From the NCBI GenBank assembly GCA_902492455.1, contig CABULH010000001.1:143862-207861 (forward strand): DNA of 64,000 nucleotides, in the 5' to 3' direction. The stretch comes from an uncultured Oscillospiraceae bacterium (GTDB lineage Bacteria; Bacillota; Clostridia; Oscillospirales; Acutalibacteraceae). The position numbers and the translations under genes were made by a program. The notes under the pieces are model-generated. The model was not told the origin of the DNA and did not search any database. It saw only the letters and a list, made by a program, of their open reading frames with translations. Positions 48,125 through 57,918 of the stretch are shown here, piece after piece. The first letter of the stretch is position 1; each line of letters begins with the position of its first letter.

Positions 48125-50281
48125 TTGAAAAGAAAGATTGCATGTGTGGCTGTGGTCCTGCTTCTGCTCTTCACCGCCGGCCTGAGTGCCGCGGCGGAGC
48201 AGGTTTACAACAGCTATACCTATGATTATTGGGGCAATCCGGTGGAAGCGCCGGAATCCTACACCCCGGACCGGTTTTATCTGGCGACGGATATGGGAAC
48301 CACCGCCTTCAAGCTGCCGCAGGATATGTTCGTGCAGCAGGAAACGGGCAGGATCTACGTTGCGGATACAGGCAACAACCGCATTGTGATACTGGATAAG
48401 AATTTTCAGCTGGTGCGGGAAATTAAAGAACTGCAGTTGGATCCGGAGGAACTGGGGCTGACGGATCAGGAGAAGAAGGACGCGGCGCTTATGTCCGCCT
48501 CCTTTGCCACCCCCAATGGTTTGTTTGTGGACGGGAAGGGCCTGATTTATGTGGCGGACACCGAAAACAAGCGGGTGGTGATCTGCAGCGAGGACGGCCG
48601 GGTGGTCCGGCTGCTGTCCAAGCCTCAGAGCGAGGTCAACTTCACCGGCATCGATTTTCTGCCCATGAAGGTGGTGGCCGACGACACCGGCTACACCTAT
48701 CTGCTGTGCAAGGGCATCTACCACGGGGCGGTGGTTTACACGCCTGAGGGACGGTTTTCCGGTTATTTCGGCGCCAACACCACCGAGGTGACCTTGTCGG
48801 TTATACTGGACAATTTTTGGCGCAAGCTGTACACCGCCGAACAGCGGCAGAAGATGAACAAATATGTCCCCATCGAATTTTCCAATCTGGATATCGACGA
48901 GAAGGGATTCATTTATACCACCACCTTGATTACCACTACCTATAAGAACCACATTAAAAAGTTCAATCACAACAGCACCAACGTTCTCAGCGGCGCTCAG
49001 GTGATCAGCAGCCAGTACGCGGGATTTTACGGCGATCTGGAACGGGTGTGGTACAACTCGGAGATGTATGAGTCCCGCTTTACGGATATCTGCTACCGGG
49101 ACGGCTTTATCCACGCGCTGGATATGTCCCGGGGCCGGGTGTTCGAATATGACGACAATGGTATGCTGGTTTCGGTTTTCGGGGGAATAGGCAACCAGAC
49201 CGGAACCTTCGGCAATCCGGTGGCGGTGGACGCCCTGGGGCAGAATCTTCTGGTGCTGGATGCCGCCAAAGGCAGCATCACGGTGTTCAAGCCCACGCCG
49301 TATTGCCTGAAGATTCACAGCGCCACCAAGGCGTATAACGAAGGAAGGTATACAGCCTCCCGGAATCAGTGGGAGGAAATTCTGGCGGAGAACAGCAACT
49401 GTCAGCTGGCTTATATCGGCATCGGCAAGGCCTATTATGAAAGCGGCGACTACGAGAACGCTATGACCTATTTCCGTCAGGGCCAGGATCGGGAGGGCTA
49501 CGGCAAAGCGTATAAGCAGTTCCGCAACGAACGGCTGCAGGTGATAATTCCTGTGGTTGTGGTGGTGCTGGTTCTGCTGATTGTAATCTGGAAGCTGGTG
49601 CGCTTCATCCTGAAAAAGACCGGCCGTCTGCGGCCGAGGGTCAAGAGGGAGGAAAAATTCCGCCGGATTCTCTGGGTGTGGTACACCATGCGGCATCCGG
49701 TGAAGGGCTTCACCGACTGTAAGGAAAACAGGCGGTATTCCACCCCCTTCGCTCTGCTGGTGTCCCTGCTGCTTTTTGCGGCGATGATCGTACAGCGGCA
49801 GTTCACTGGCTTTCCCTTCAATTATGAGGATCCGCTGAAGATCAACGTGCTGCTGATCTTTGCCAGTACGGTGCTGCTGCTGGTGCTCTGGTCCATCGGC
49901 AACTGGGCGGTTTCCACCCTGCTGGACGGCAAAGGCCGGATGAGGGAAATCTTTTATGTCACCGCTGTCTCCCTGATTCCCTATCTGCTTAGTGTGGTGC
50001 TGACGGTAATCATGAGCAATGTCCTGGCTACGGATGAAGGGATGTTCATCACCTGGGTATCCGGCTTCGGTATACTGTGGAGCGCATTCCTATTGTTCTC
50101 GGGACTGATGGTGCTGCATGACTACAGCTTCCTGAAAACACTGATGAGCGTGCTTTTGACGCTTTTCCTGCTGGTGGTGGTGGCGTTTATCGCCGTGTTG
50201 CTCTTCAGCCTTTTCCAGCAGACCTTCCACTTCTTCGAGGATATTTACAATGAGATCAATTTCCGGATGATGAAAAGCTGA
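48125..50281 (+). CDS. fusion membrane protein: extracellular NHL-repeat beta-propeller + C-terminal Yip1-family multi-TM domain
   Basis: Signal/anchor, NHL-type blades (IYVADTGNNRIVILD, IYVADTENKRVVICS), TM segment VIIPVVVVVLVLLIVIW, then five Yip1-like helices. Start TTG 48125 with RBS GGGAGGGAAAGG. Confidence 0.5.
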   Translation: MKRKIACVAVVLLLLFTAGLSAAAEQVYNSYTYDYWGNPVEAPESYTPDRFYLATDMGTTAFKLPQDMFVQQETGRIYVADTGNNRIVILDKNFQLVREIKELQLDPEELGLTDQEKKDAALMSASFATPNGLFVDGKGLIYVADTENKRVVICSEDGRVVRLLSKPQSEVNFTGIDFLPMKVVADDTGYTYLLCKGIYHGAVVYTPEGRFSGYFGANTTEVTLSVILDNFWRKLYTAEQRQKMNKYVPIEFSNLDIDEKGFIYTTTLITTTYKNHIKKFNHNSTNVLSGAQVISSQYAGFYGDLERVWYNSEMYESRFTDICYRDGFIHALDMSRGRVFEYDDNGMLVSVFGGIGNQTGTFGNPVAVDALGQNLLVLDAAKGSITVFKPTPYCLKIHSATKAYNEGRYTASRNQWEEILAENSNCQLAYIGIGKAYYESGDYENAMTYFRQGQDREGYGKAYKQFRNERLQVIIPVVVVVLVLLIVIWKLVRFILKKTGRLRPRVKREEKFRRILWVWYTMRHPVKGFTDCKENRRYSTPFALLVSLLLFAAMIVQRQFTGFPFNYEDPLKINVLLIFASTVLLLVLWSIGNWAVSTLLDGKGRMREIFYVTAVSLIPYLLSVVLTVIMSNVLATDEGMFITWVSGFGILWSAFLLFSGLMVLHDYSFLKTLMSVLLTLFLLVVVAFIAVLLFSLFQQTFHFFEDIYNEINFRMMKS

Positions 50282-50331
50282 CGCAGCCGTTACGGCGGTA
50301 TGAGCAAGCGTGAGAAAGGCGGGATTTATAC

Positions 50332-52668
50332 ATGACAACCGTGCGCAAAAAGGCGCTGTCCCTGCTGCTGGGCGTGCTGCTTCTCTGCTCCATGTTTCTG
50401 GCCTCCTCCAGCTCCGGCTTGGCGGAAGCGGATCCGGAAACAGGGGAGGAGATGGTGCTCCGAGAGGGGGCGCCCCAGACGGACGACGCGGATGAACCGG
50501 ATGATTCGGACGGGTCTACGCAGGCAAAGCCGGAGAAAGAGGGAGTAGGCGAGACAGCGGCCGGGATCATTCCCTCCGACTGGCAGGCAGCGGCGCAGGA
50601 TGGCGGGCTGAAGCTGTATGTGGACAAAAAAACCGGCCAATTTGCCGTGGAGAACGCCGCCGGCCGCATTTGGTGGAGTGTTCCTTATGATGCAGGAGAG
50701 GACCCCCAGGCCAAAGGTAAGAACAAGATGAATCAGCAGTCGCTGATGATTATCAAGTACGGCAATCCCGATACCAATACCTTGGATACGGTGAGCAGTC
50801 AGGCGGGTTCGGTGCAGAAAAAGGGGATGTCCATTCAAAATATCGATAAAGGAGTACGGATTACCTACGATTTTACCGGTCCTCAAATCCGGATTCCCCT
50901 GGAGATCGCGCTGAAGGAGGGCCACGTATCGGTAACAGTTGTTACAGAGGATATTGAGGAATATGGGGAGGATTATCTGTACGAAATTCAGCTGCTGCCC
51001 AGTATGGGGGCTGGTTCCACGGCGGACGAGGGCTGGCTGTTTGTTCCGGACGGCAGCGGCGCCCTGATCCGATTCAATAATGGACGGCAGAATCTGAGCA
51101 GCTACAGCGCCATGGTTTACGGCAAGGATCCCAACGCCTCCATCATCCGAAAAATCGAGGTGACGGAAAGCGTCCGTCTGCCGGTTTTCGGTGTGAAAAA
51201 CGGGGAAGGCGCCATGTTGGGCGTCATAGCGGAAAACGATGGACTGGCTTATCTGGAAGCATCGGTATCCGGCAAAAACAGCAGTTACAACACGGTGTAC
51301 AGCCGCTTTGCCCTGCGGAAAACCGACACCTATGTCATGGGACAAAGCACCGGCAACAGCCGGACGGTGACGCTGTATTCCACCGCTCCCCTGCCCACAG
51401 CGCCCATTCAGGTAGATTACTATTTTCTGGAGGGGGAGGAAGCCGATCTACCCGGCATGGCCGCAGTATACCGGGAGGTGCTGAAGGCCGGCGGCATGAA
51501 GGATTTTGCAGGCGACTACCATACCCCCCCTGTATACATCGACGTGCTGGGAGGCGTGTACAAGGAAAAGCCAGTGCTGGGGATTCCCTCTATGTCCGTG
51601 CTGCCGGTGACCACCTTTGAGGACTGCGCGGAGATGCTGGCGGAGCTGAAGAAAAAGGGCATGGAACAATTGGTGGTCCGCTATCAGAACTGGAGCAGCG
51701 ATCTTCTTCGGGGCAAGGTTTCGGACAGCGCCACACCGGACGGGAAGCTGGGCGGCCGGAGCGGCTTGAAAAAACTGCTGGCAGATCAGAGCATCCAGGT
51801 TTATCTGGACGGAGATTTTACCTATGTGAGCAAATGGCAGCTGGGTTATGGGAAAAGCGGTTATGCGGCCAAAAGCATCAGCAATATTCCCACCACGCTG
51901 TACGAGCATGATATCGCTACCTATTTTTCTGATGACCGCTTCCCTCAGAAATGGCTGCTCTCTCCCTTCAAGCTCAACAAAGTGGGGGAAAAGTATCTCG
52001 CTTCCTATGCCAAGCTGAACAATCCCTATCTCAGCACTGGTCAGACAGCGGCGCTGCTGTACGCGGATTACGGCTATCGGGAGTATAACCGCAGCGACAG
52101 CAAAGACGCGGTGACGGCGCTGTACGACCGGTTCGTTGAAGAGGGATTACGGCTGATGGTTTCCGGCGGCAACAGCTATGCCGCCGTTTATGCGGAGCAT
52201 ATTCTGGACGCACCGGTGGCCTCCAGCCGATACGATATTCTGGACGAAAGCGTTCCCTTTTATCAGATGGTGTTCCACGGCAGCAAGCTGCTGGGGTCCG
52301 AGGCCATCAATAACGCCGCCAATCCGCAAACCGCTCTGCTGCGGGCGGTACAGGGCGGCTCCCTGCTCCACTATACCTTCATTGATCCGGACGGCAAGGA
52401 GAGCCTACTGAACACGGTTTATGACAATCTGTTCTGTGCGGATTATACGCTGTATGCGAATCAGGCGGCGGAACAGTATCAGGCGCTGAAGCCGCTGTAC
52501 AGCCGGATCATCGGGCAGACCATCACCGGTTACCGGCAGCTGGCGGACGGCGTAACCCTCACCGTGTATGCGGACGGCACCGAGGTGGCGGTGAATTTCA
52601 CCGAAGAACCCTTTGTCTATCGGGACGAGGAAGTGGGCGCCAGCGGCTATCGCTACTGGCTGAGCTGA
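50332..52668 (+). CDS. large secreted protein of unknown function (778 aa)
   Basis: Signal peptide (LLLGVLLLCSMFLASSSSGLA), acidic linker, no recognisable catalytic motif by eye. Confidence 0.4.
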   Translation: MTTVRKKALSLLLGVLLLCSMFLASSSSGLAEADPETGEEMVLREGAPQTDDADEPDDSDGSTQAKPEKEGVGETAAGIIPSDWQAAAQDGGLKLYVDKKTGQFAVENAAGRIWWSVPYDAGEDPQAKGKNKMNQQSLMIIKYGNPDTNTLDTVSSQAGSVQKKGMSIQNIDKGVRITYDFTGPQIRIPLEIALKEGHVSVTVVTEDIEEYGEDYLYEIQLLPSMGAGSTADEGWLFVPDGSGALIRFNNGRQNLSSYSAMVYGKDPNASIIRKIEVTESVRLPVFGVKNGEGAMLGVIAENDGLAYLEASVSGKNSSYNTVYSRFALRKTDTYVMGQSTGNSRTVTLYSTAPLPTAPIQVDYYFLEGEEADLPGMAAVYREVLKAGGMKDFAGDYHTPPVYIDVLGGVYKEKPVLGIPSMSVLPVTTFEDCAEMLAELKKKGMEQLVVRYQNWSSDLLRGKVSDSATPDGKLGGRSGLKKLLADQSIQVYLDGDFTYVSKWQLGYGKSGYAAKSISNIPTTLYEHDIATYFSDDRFPQKWLLSPFKLNKVGEKYLASYAKLNNPYLSTGQTAALLYADYGYREYNRSDSKDAVTALYDRFVEEGLRLMVSGGNSYAAVYAEHILDAPVASSRYDILDESVPFYQMVFHGSKLLGSEAINNAANPQTALLRAVQGGSLLHYTFIDPDGKESLLNTVYDNLFCADYTLYANQAAEQYQALKPLYSRIIGQTITGYRQLADGVTLTVYADGTEVAVNFTEEPFVYRDEEVGASGYRYWLS

Positions 52669-52693
52669 GCGGGAGAAAGGAGAGTTCCTGTAA

Positions 52694-53572
52694 ATGAAAC
52701 TGCCGTACGAAAGACGAAAGGCGTTGGTTGGGTTTGGATTTACCGTGCCTTTTGTGATCGGGTTCCTAGCCCTTTACTTCTGGCCGTTGATCCAATCCTT
52801 TTATTACTCTCTCAACGATCTCACCATCACCACCTCCGGCTTCACCTCTTTCTTCATCGGTCTGGACAACTATCAGAAGGCGCTGTTCTCCGACGCGGAA
52901 TTTGTCCGTATCTTCGTTTCCACCTTTAAGGATCTGGCTTATCAGGTGCCCACCATACTGGTGTTCAGCCTGATGATGGCGTTGGTGCTCAACCAGAAAT
53001 TCCATGGCCGTCTAATTGTGAGAGCCGTGTTCTTTCTGCCGGTGATCATCGCCAGCGGTGTGGTAATTGAGATTCTCAACGGCGATGTGATGTCCCAGCT
53101 GCTGATGTCGGGGGAGAAGTCCTCTTCCATGTTCCAGGTCAACGCTTTGACCGACATGATGCGCAACATGGGGTTGGGAGAATCGGTGGTGGAACTGATT
53201 ACCACCACCACCAACAGTATCTTTGAGCTGTCCTGGCGTTCTGGCGTACAGATCCTGCTCTTTATCGCCGCCCTGCAGACGGTGCCGGAGCAGCTGTACG
53301 AAGCGGCGGACATGGACGGCTGTACCGCCTGGGAACGGTTTTGGAAGATCACCTTTCCGCTGCTGACCCCCATGCTGATGGTGAATCTGGTATACACCAT
53401 CGTGGATCACTTCACCTCTTATTCCAATGAAACCATGCGCTTGATTCTGCGTTATGGTTCGGAGCTGAAGTTTTCTTACAGCGCCACGCTGGCATGGATG
53501 TACTTTGTAGTGATCGTCGTGATTCTGGCAATCGTGTATGCATTTGTCAACAAGCGTGTGTCTTATATCTGA
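52694..53572 (+). CDS. sugar ABC transporter permease (CUT1, MalF-like)
   Basis: EAA loop EAADMDGCTAWERF, six TM helices. Confidence 0.85.
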   Translation: MKLPYERRKALVGFGFTVPFVIGFLALYFWPLIQSFYYSLNDLTITTSGFTSFFIGLDNYQKALFSDAEFVRIFVSTFKDLAYQVPTILVFSLMMALVLNQKFHGRLIVRAVFFLPVIIASGVVIEILNGDVMSQLLMSGEKSSSMFQVNALTDMMRNMGLGESVVELITTTTNSIFELSWRSGVQILLFIAALQTVPEQLYEAADMDGCTAWERFWKITFPLLTPMLMVNLVYTIVDHFTSYSNETMRLILRYGSELKFSYSATLAWMYFVVIVVILAIVYAFVNKRVSYI

Positions 53573-53588
53573 CGGGAGGTGATCGGCG

Positions 53589-54629
53589 TTGCCGCAACCG
53601 CATTTTATCGCCAGTTTGCAAAATCGCTATGAAGCCGCCAGCGCTGCCGCTGAAGCGATGCTGGAGCGCAACCAGACCAAGCTGAAAAAGGGAGAGCGTC
53701 GGCTGGGCCGCGTCCTCTGGTGGTGTCTGTGCGCGTTCCTGCTGTTCGGCCTGAGCTTCGTTATCCTGTACCCGCTGATCTATATGCTGAGCATGGCCTT
53801 CCGGGTGCCCGCCGACATCGGCGACCCCGCGGTTATCTGGATTCCGAAAAACTTCACCATGGAGAATATCCAGGACGCCTTCCGCTTCATGGACTATGGA
53901 AATTCCCTAAAGAATTCGGTGCTGCTGGGGGTGGTATCCTCCCTGCTGCAGATTATCTCCTGTGCTCTGGTGGGGTACGGCCTGGCACGCTTCCATTTTA
54001 AAGGCCGGGGCTTGATTTTCGGCTTGGTGATCTTCACCATCATCGTGCCCCCCACCGTGACCTACACCCCTACTTACATGATGTATAAGCACTTTACCTT
54101 TGCAGGCGTCACCAATCTAATCCAGCTGATAACCGGACAGGATTTCGCGGTGAATCTCATCGACACTCCCTGGGTGCTGTATCTGCCGGCGGCGCTGGGC
54201 GTGGGGATCAAATCCGGGCTTTTCATCTACATCTTCCGGCAGTTTTACATCAATCTTCCCCGGGAGCTGGAGGATGCGGCATATATCGACGGCTGCGGCC
54301 ATGTAAAGACTTTTCTGCGCATCATCATCCCCAACGCGGGGGTGGCCTTTCTGACGGTGTTCCTCTTTTCCCTAGTGTTTTACTGGAACGATTATTACAA
54401 CGTGTCCATGTATTTCACCAACACCAAAACCGTCTCCACCGCGCTGGCAAATCTGGGCTCCGCTTTTTCCATTGACAGCGCCTATGAGGCCATCCGCGCC
54501 AATCCCTATTTGAAGGCAACCCGTATGCAGGCCGGCTGTTTATTAGCCATTACGCCGCTTTTGGTGATTTATCTGTTCCTCCAGCGGTATTTTGTCACTG
54601 GCTTGGAGCGCAGCGGTCTGGTAGGCTGA
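53589..54629 (+). CDS. sugar ABC transporter permease (CUT1, MalG-like) with long N-terminal extension
   Basis: EAA loop EDAAYIDGCGHVKTF and TM pattern; start may be internal (MLERNQ..). Confidence 0.8.
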   Translation: MPQPHFIASLQNRYEAASAAAEAMLERNQTKLKKGERRLGRVLWWCLCAFLLFGLSFVILYPLIYMLSMAFRVPADIGDPAVIWIPKNFTMENIQDAFRFMDYGNSLKNSVLLGVVSSLLQIISCALVGYGLARFHFKGRGLIFGLVIFTIIVPPTVTYTPTYMMYKHFTFAGVTNLIQLITGQDFAVNLIDTPWVLYLPAALGVGIKSGLFIYIFRQFYINLPRELEDAAYIDGCGHVKTFLRIIIPNAGVAFLTVFLFSLVFYWNDYYNVSMYFTNTKTVSTALANLGSAFSIDSAYEAIRANPYLKATRMQAGCLLAITPLLVIYLFLQRYFVTGLERSGLVG

Positions 54630-54690
54630 TGTCAAAATGGCTCTAGATGCCTTGAGCATTTTATTATCTTGAAGAGAAAGAAGGATCCGA

Positions 54691-56547
54691 ATGAAGAAGC
54701 GATTTCTCCCTTTGGCGGTACTGGTTTTATTCGTGGTTTCTCTCTGTGCGGGATGTAAACCCGGCGACGGTTCGTCCTCTGGCGGCGGGACCAAGCTGCC
54801 CACCGGAAGCAAGGTCACCGGCGATCTGGCTTTTCCGGAGCTGAACAAGCTGACCGGCAGTACCTTCACCATCCTGGGCACCGATATCACGGTTTCCGAC
54901 GAGGATAAGGAGCTGCTGAAAAACGAGTACGGCCTGGAGCCAAAAGTGATTAATGTAGCCTATGATGAGGTCTTTAAACGGGCGGCCACCCTGGTGCTCA
55001 CCGACGATTCCCCGGATATGATCCGGGTCAGCCGCGGCGGTCATAGCTACATCAGCAATAACATCGCCCAGCCCATCGATGAATACATAGATTTTACCCA
55101 TCCCTTCTATAAGGATCTGCTGGACGCTTATGACGAGACCAAGTGGGGGGAGAAGGAGCATTATTTCCTCATCCGCGGTCTGCAGATGCTCAGCGGCATG
55201 ATCTATAACTCCAAAATGTTTGAAGACGCGGGCTTGGAAAATCCCTGGGAGCAATATCAGAACGGCACCTGGGATTGGAACGCCTTCCGGGAGGCGGCTA
55301 ATGAACTGGCTGACGACACCGACGGCGACGGCCAGACGGACGTATACGGCTTCGGCTTCTACCGTCCCCAGATTTTCGGCTACACTACCGGCAAACCCTT
55401 CGGTATGCTGAACACCGACACCATGACCGTTACCAATAATCTGCGGGATGCGGATATCGCCCGGGCGATGAACCTGATCTATGACATGACCTATGTGGAC
55501 AAAAGCGGTCTGAACAATGTGGGTCAGGTGGTGGATACCTTCGGCCAGGGCAAGCTGGGCATGCTGATCTTCGACATCAACGTCATCGGTTTGCCGGAAA
55601 TCCAGAAGGTTGTGGATAAGGGTGAAGCCGGCCTGGCTCCCCTGCCCCGGGACCCCAACCTGGATACCCATTATTCCTACAGCGTTATCGTACGGGACAT
55701 CATTCCCAAGGGCGCCAAGAATCCTCAGGGTGCTATCGCTTACAATGCTGTGGAAAGGTACAACGCTCTCAATAATGAAAATTCCACCAAAGCGGTTGAA
55801 AAGCGCAAAACCGAGCAGCACTTCACCGACGAGCTGGAGGCTCAGTTCCAGGAACTGCACACCATTGAGGGCAGCAAGGTACAGCCCCTCTACGACGATA
55901 TGGAACTGATCGGCTACAACGCCACCTGGGACTGCATCTACAGCGGCCTGGCCTGGGCCACAGCCATTGAAAACCGTTCGGCCGAAGCGGACGCCTATAT
56001 AGCCGAGCTGCTGGAGGTCAAGGAAGTGGACCTGCCGTCCGGCCCCAAGAATCTGGAGCTGTTTGAGAAATACACGGTGGGCGAAAACGAGCCGATTCCC
56101 TCCACCAAGCTCTATTCTATCACCGGCGGCAATCCTAATTTTGAAATCTATCTGGATAAAGAGAACGCCCACGAGGGCAACTATGCCGGTAAAATCTACT
56201 ACAGCTTCGATCCGGCGGAAGGCGATTGGGGCGGCTTTACCAAGAACCTCAACATCACCTGGAACACCAACAACACCATGACCTTCTGGGCCAAGGGCGA
56301 CGGCAAACCGCAGACGATCATCATTCAGTTTGTCGCCAACGGCGTGCCATGGGAGTACACCATGGATATCGACGGCGCCGAAGGCAAGGTATATGAGATT
56401 CCCTTCACCGATTTCAAGGTGGTTGACTGGTGGGAGGATCAGAGTGTGACGCTGGATCTGACCCTGATCGACAACATCAGCTTCAGCTTCAAGGGCGAAG
56501 GCGACCGGTTTATCTATCTGGATGATATCCGCGTAATCCGCAAATAA
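54691..56547 (+). CDS. lipoprotein: family-1 solute-binding protein with C-terminal CBM-like beta-sandwich domain
   Basis: Lipobox LCAGC, SBP_bac_1-like core, and ~150-aa C-terminal domain ending GDRFIYLDDIRVI, related to the repeated domain in 59920 and 60809. Confidence 0.65.
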   Translation: MKKRFLPLAVLVLFVVSLCAGCKPGDGSSSGGGTKLPTGSKVTGDLAFPELNKLTGSTFTILGTDITVSDEDKELLKNEYGLEPKVINVAYDEVFKRAATLVLTDDSPDMIRVSRGGHSYISNNIAQPIDEYIDFTHPFYKDLLDAYDETKWGEKEHYFLIRGLQMLSGMIYNSKMFEDAGLENPWEQYQNGTWDWNAFREAANELADDTDGDGQTDVYGFGFYRPQIFGYTTGKPFGMLNTDTMTVTNNLRDADIARAMNLIYDMTYVDKSGLNNVGQVVDTFGQGKLGMLIFDINVIGLPEIQKVVDKGEAGLAPLPRDPNLDTHYSYSVIVRDIIPKGAKNPQGAIAYNAVERYNALNNENSTKAVEKRKTEQHFTDELEAQFQELHTIEGSKVQPLYDDMELIGYNATWDCIYSGLAWATAIENRSAEADAYIAELLEVKEVDLPSGPKNLELFEKYTVGENEPIPSTKLYSITGGNPNFEIYLDKENAHEGNYAGKIYYSFDPAEGDWGGFTKNLNITWNTNNTMTFWAKGDGKPQTIIIQFVANGVPWEYTMDIDGAEGKVYEIPFTDFKVVDWWEDQSVTLDLTLIDNISFSFKGEGDRFIYLDDIRVIRK

Positions 56548-56661
56548 ATGTCCGCCGTTGCCGGGGGCTGCGGCCCCCGGCAAGCAGACGAAACCATCAA
56601 CAACGGTCCTTCCTCCCCGCCGGAGGGGACTCCAATACAGGGAAAAACGAAAGGGACTACA

Positions 56662-57915
56662 GCCATGGTACACAACAACTATCCCATCGGGTTCTGGAAT
56701 ATCCTGCACGCCACCCAGCTGGGGCCGGAGGCGGTGCAGGACTGGGTGGATTTCGGCACGACGCTTACCACCAGCGGCACCTATTATCCCGGGCAGGATA
56801 AGGAAAAATTTATTCGGATTCTGGATGCCTGTCAGGAAAAGGGAATCCAAGTGCTGGTGGAGGATGCCCGGGCCAGCTATCACAATGTGGACAACGGCCA
56901 TTATGAGGAGGACGCCCGGCAGGTGATCGCGGATTTCGCCTGGCATCCGGCGGTTTATGGCTTCCATCTGGGCGATGAACCGGATGGGCATCAGACGGAA
57001 CAGGCCGTTCGGGCGGTACAGGTTTATAAAGAGCTGTGTCCGGAAAAACAGCAGTACCTGAATCTGCTGCCCTGGTACAGCGATCAGTACGGCGGTGTGG
57101 AGGCCCGGGTGGCCATCCAGACGGATTACAAGCAGTATCTGCTGGATTTTGTACGCCGCTCCGGCATCGGCATCTTGAGCTATGACTGCTATTTTCAGCT
57201 GGAAGAGCTCCATGGCCAGCTTACTGACCGGGCGCTGGAAACCTATTTCCGCAACCTGCGCATCTTTCAAGAGGTAGCGGCGGAAACAGGGATCGAGCTA
57301 TGGTACACCACCCTGGCGGTGGGGCACATGATGTACCGCTGTCCCACTGAAGACGACATTCGCTGGGAGATCAACACCGCGGTGGCTCACGGCGTGCAGG
57401 CGCTGTTCTATTGGTTTTTGTATTCCGGCTTTTACAACGCCAACTATCGGGTGGCGCCTATCAACGAACTGTTTGAGCGCACGGAGACCTTCAACTGGGT
57501 ATCCACCGAGAACCGGCTGTTTCAGGACGTTTTCGGCAAGCTGTTCACCGAGCTCAAGCTGGAACAGGCCTATCACGTGGGCACCGCCTACGGCGGCTTC
57601 CCGCTGCTGGAGGAATCCCGGGATCCTTATGTGAAGAAGGCATATGCTGCCAACGGTGTGCCCTTGATTGTCTCCCGATTCCGCCGGGAAGCCGATCCGG
57701 ATCATCTCTATTACGCGGTGGTCTGCAACAGCCAGCGGGAACCCGCTTCGGTTTATGTAGAGTTCCATGAACCTGCGGAGATATTTGAAGTGCGCAGCAC
57801 CGGCGGCAAAGTGACGCTGTCTCCCCGTGGGCTGAAAGAGTCCATCCAATATTGGTATGCACCCGGCCAAATGTGGGTGATAGCGGTAAAGACAAAGACA
57901 GGGAGCGAGGGGTAA
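56662..57915 (+). CDS. cytoplasmic paralog of the DEP-motif glycosidase-like family
   Basis: HLGDEPD motif and collinear similarity with 40373 and 41888; no signal peptide. Start MVHNNYPIGFWN; the upstream part of the ORF-track call is Gly/Pro-rich and probably untranslated. Confidence 0.45.
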   Translation, partial: AMVHNNYPIGFWNILHATQLGPEAVQDWVDFGTTLTTSGTYYPGQDKEKFIRILDACQEKGIQVLVEDARASYHNVDNGHYEEDARQVIADFAWHPAVYGFHLGDEPDGHQTEQAVRAVQVYKELCPEKQQYLNLLPWYSDQYGGVEARVAIQTDYKQYLLDFVRRSGIGILSYDCYFQLEELHGQLTDRALETYFRNLRIFQEVAAETGIELWYTTLAVGHMMYRCPTEDDIRWEINTAVAHGVQALFYWFLYSGFYNANYRVAPINELFERTETFNWVSTENRLFQDVFGKLFTELKLEQAYHVGTAYGGFPLLEESRDPYVKKAYAANGVPLIVSRFRREADPDHLYYAVVCNSQREPASVYVEFHEPAEIFEVRSTGGKVTLSPRGLKESIQYWYAPGQMWVIAVKTKTGSEG

Positions 57916-57918
57916 CCA

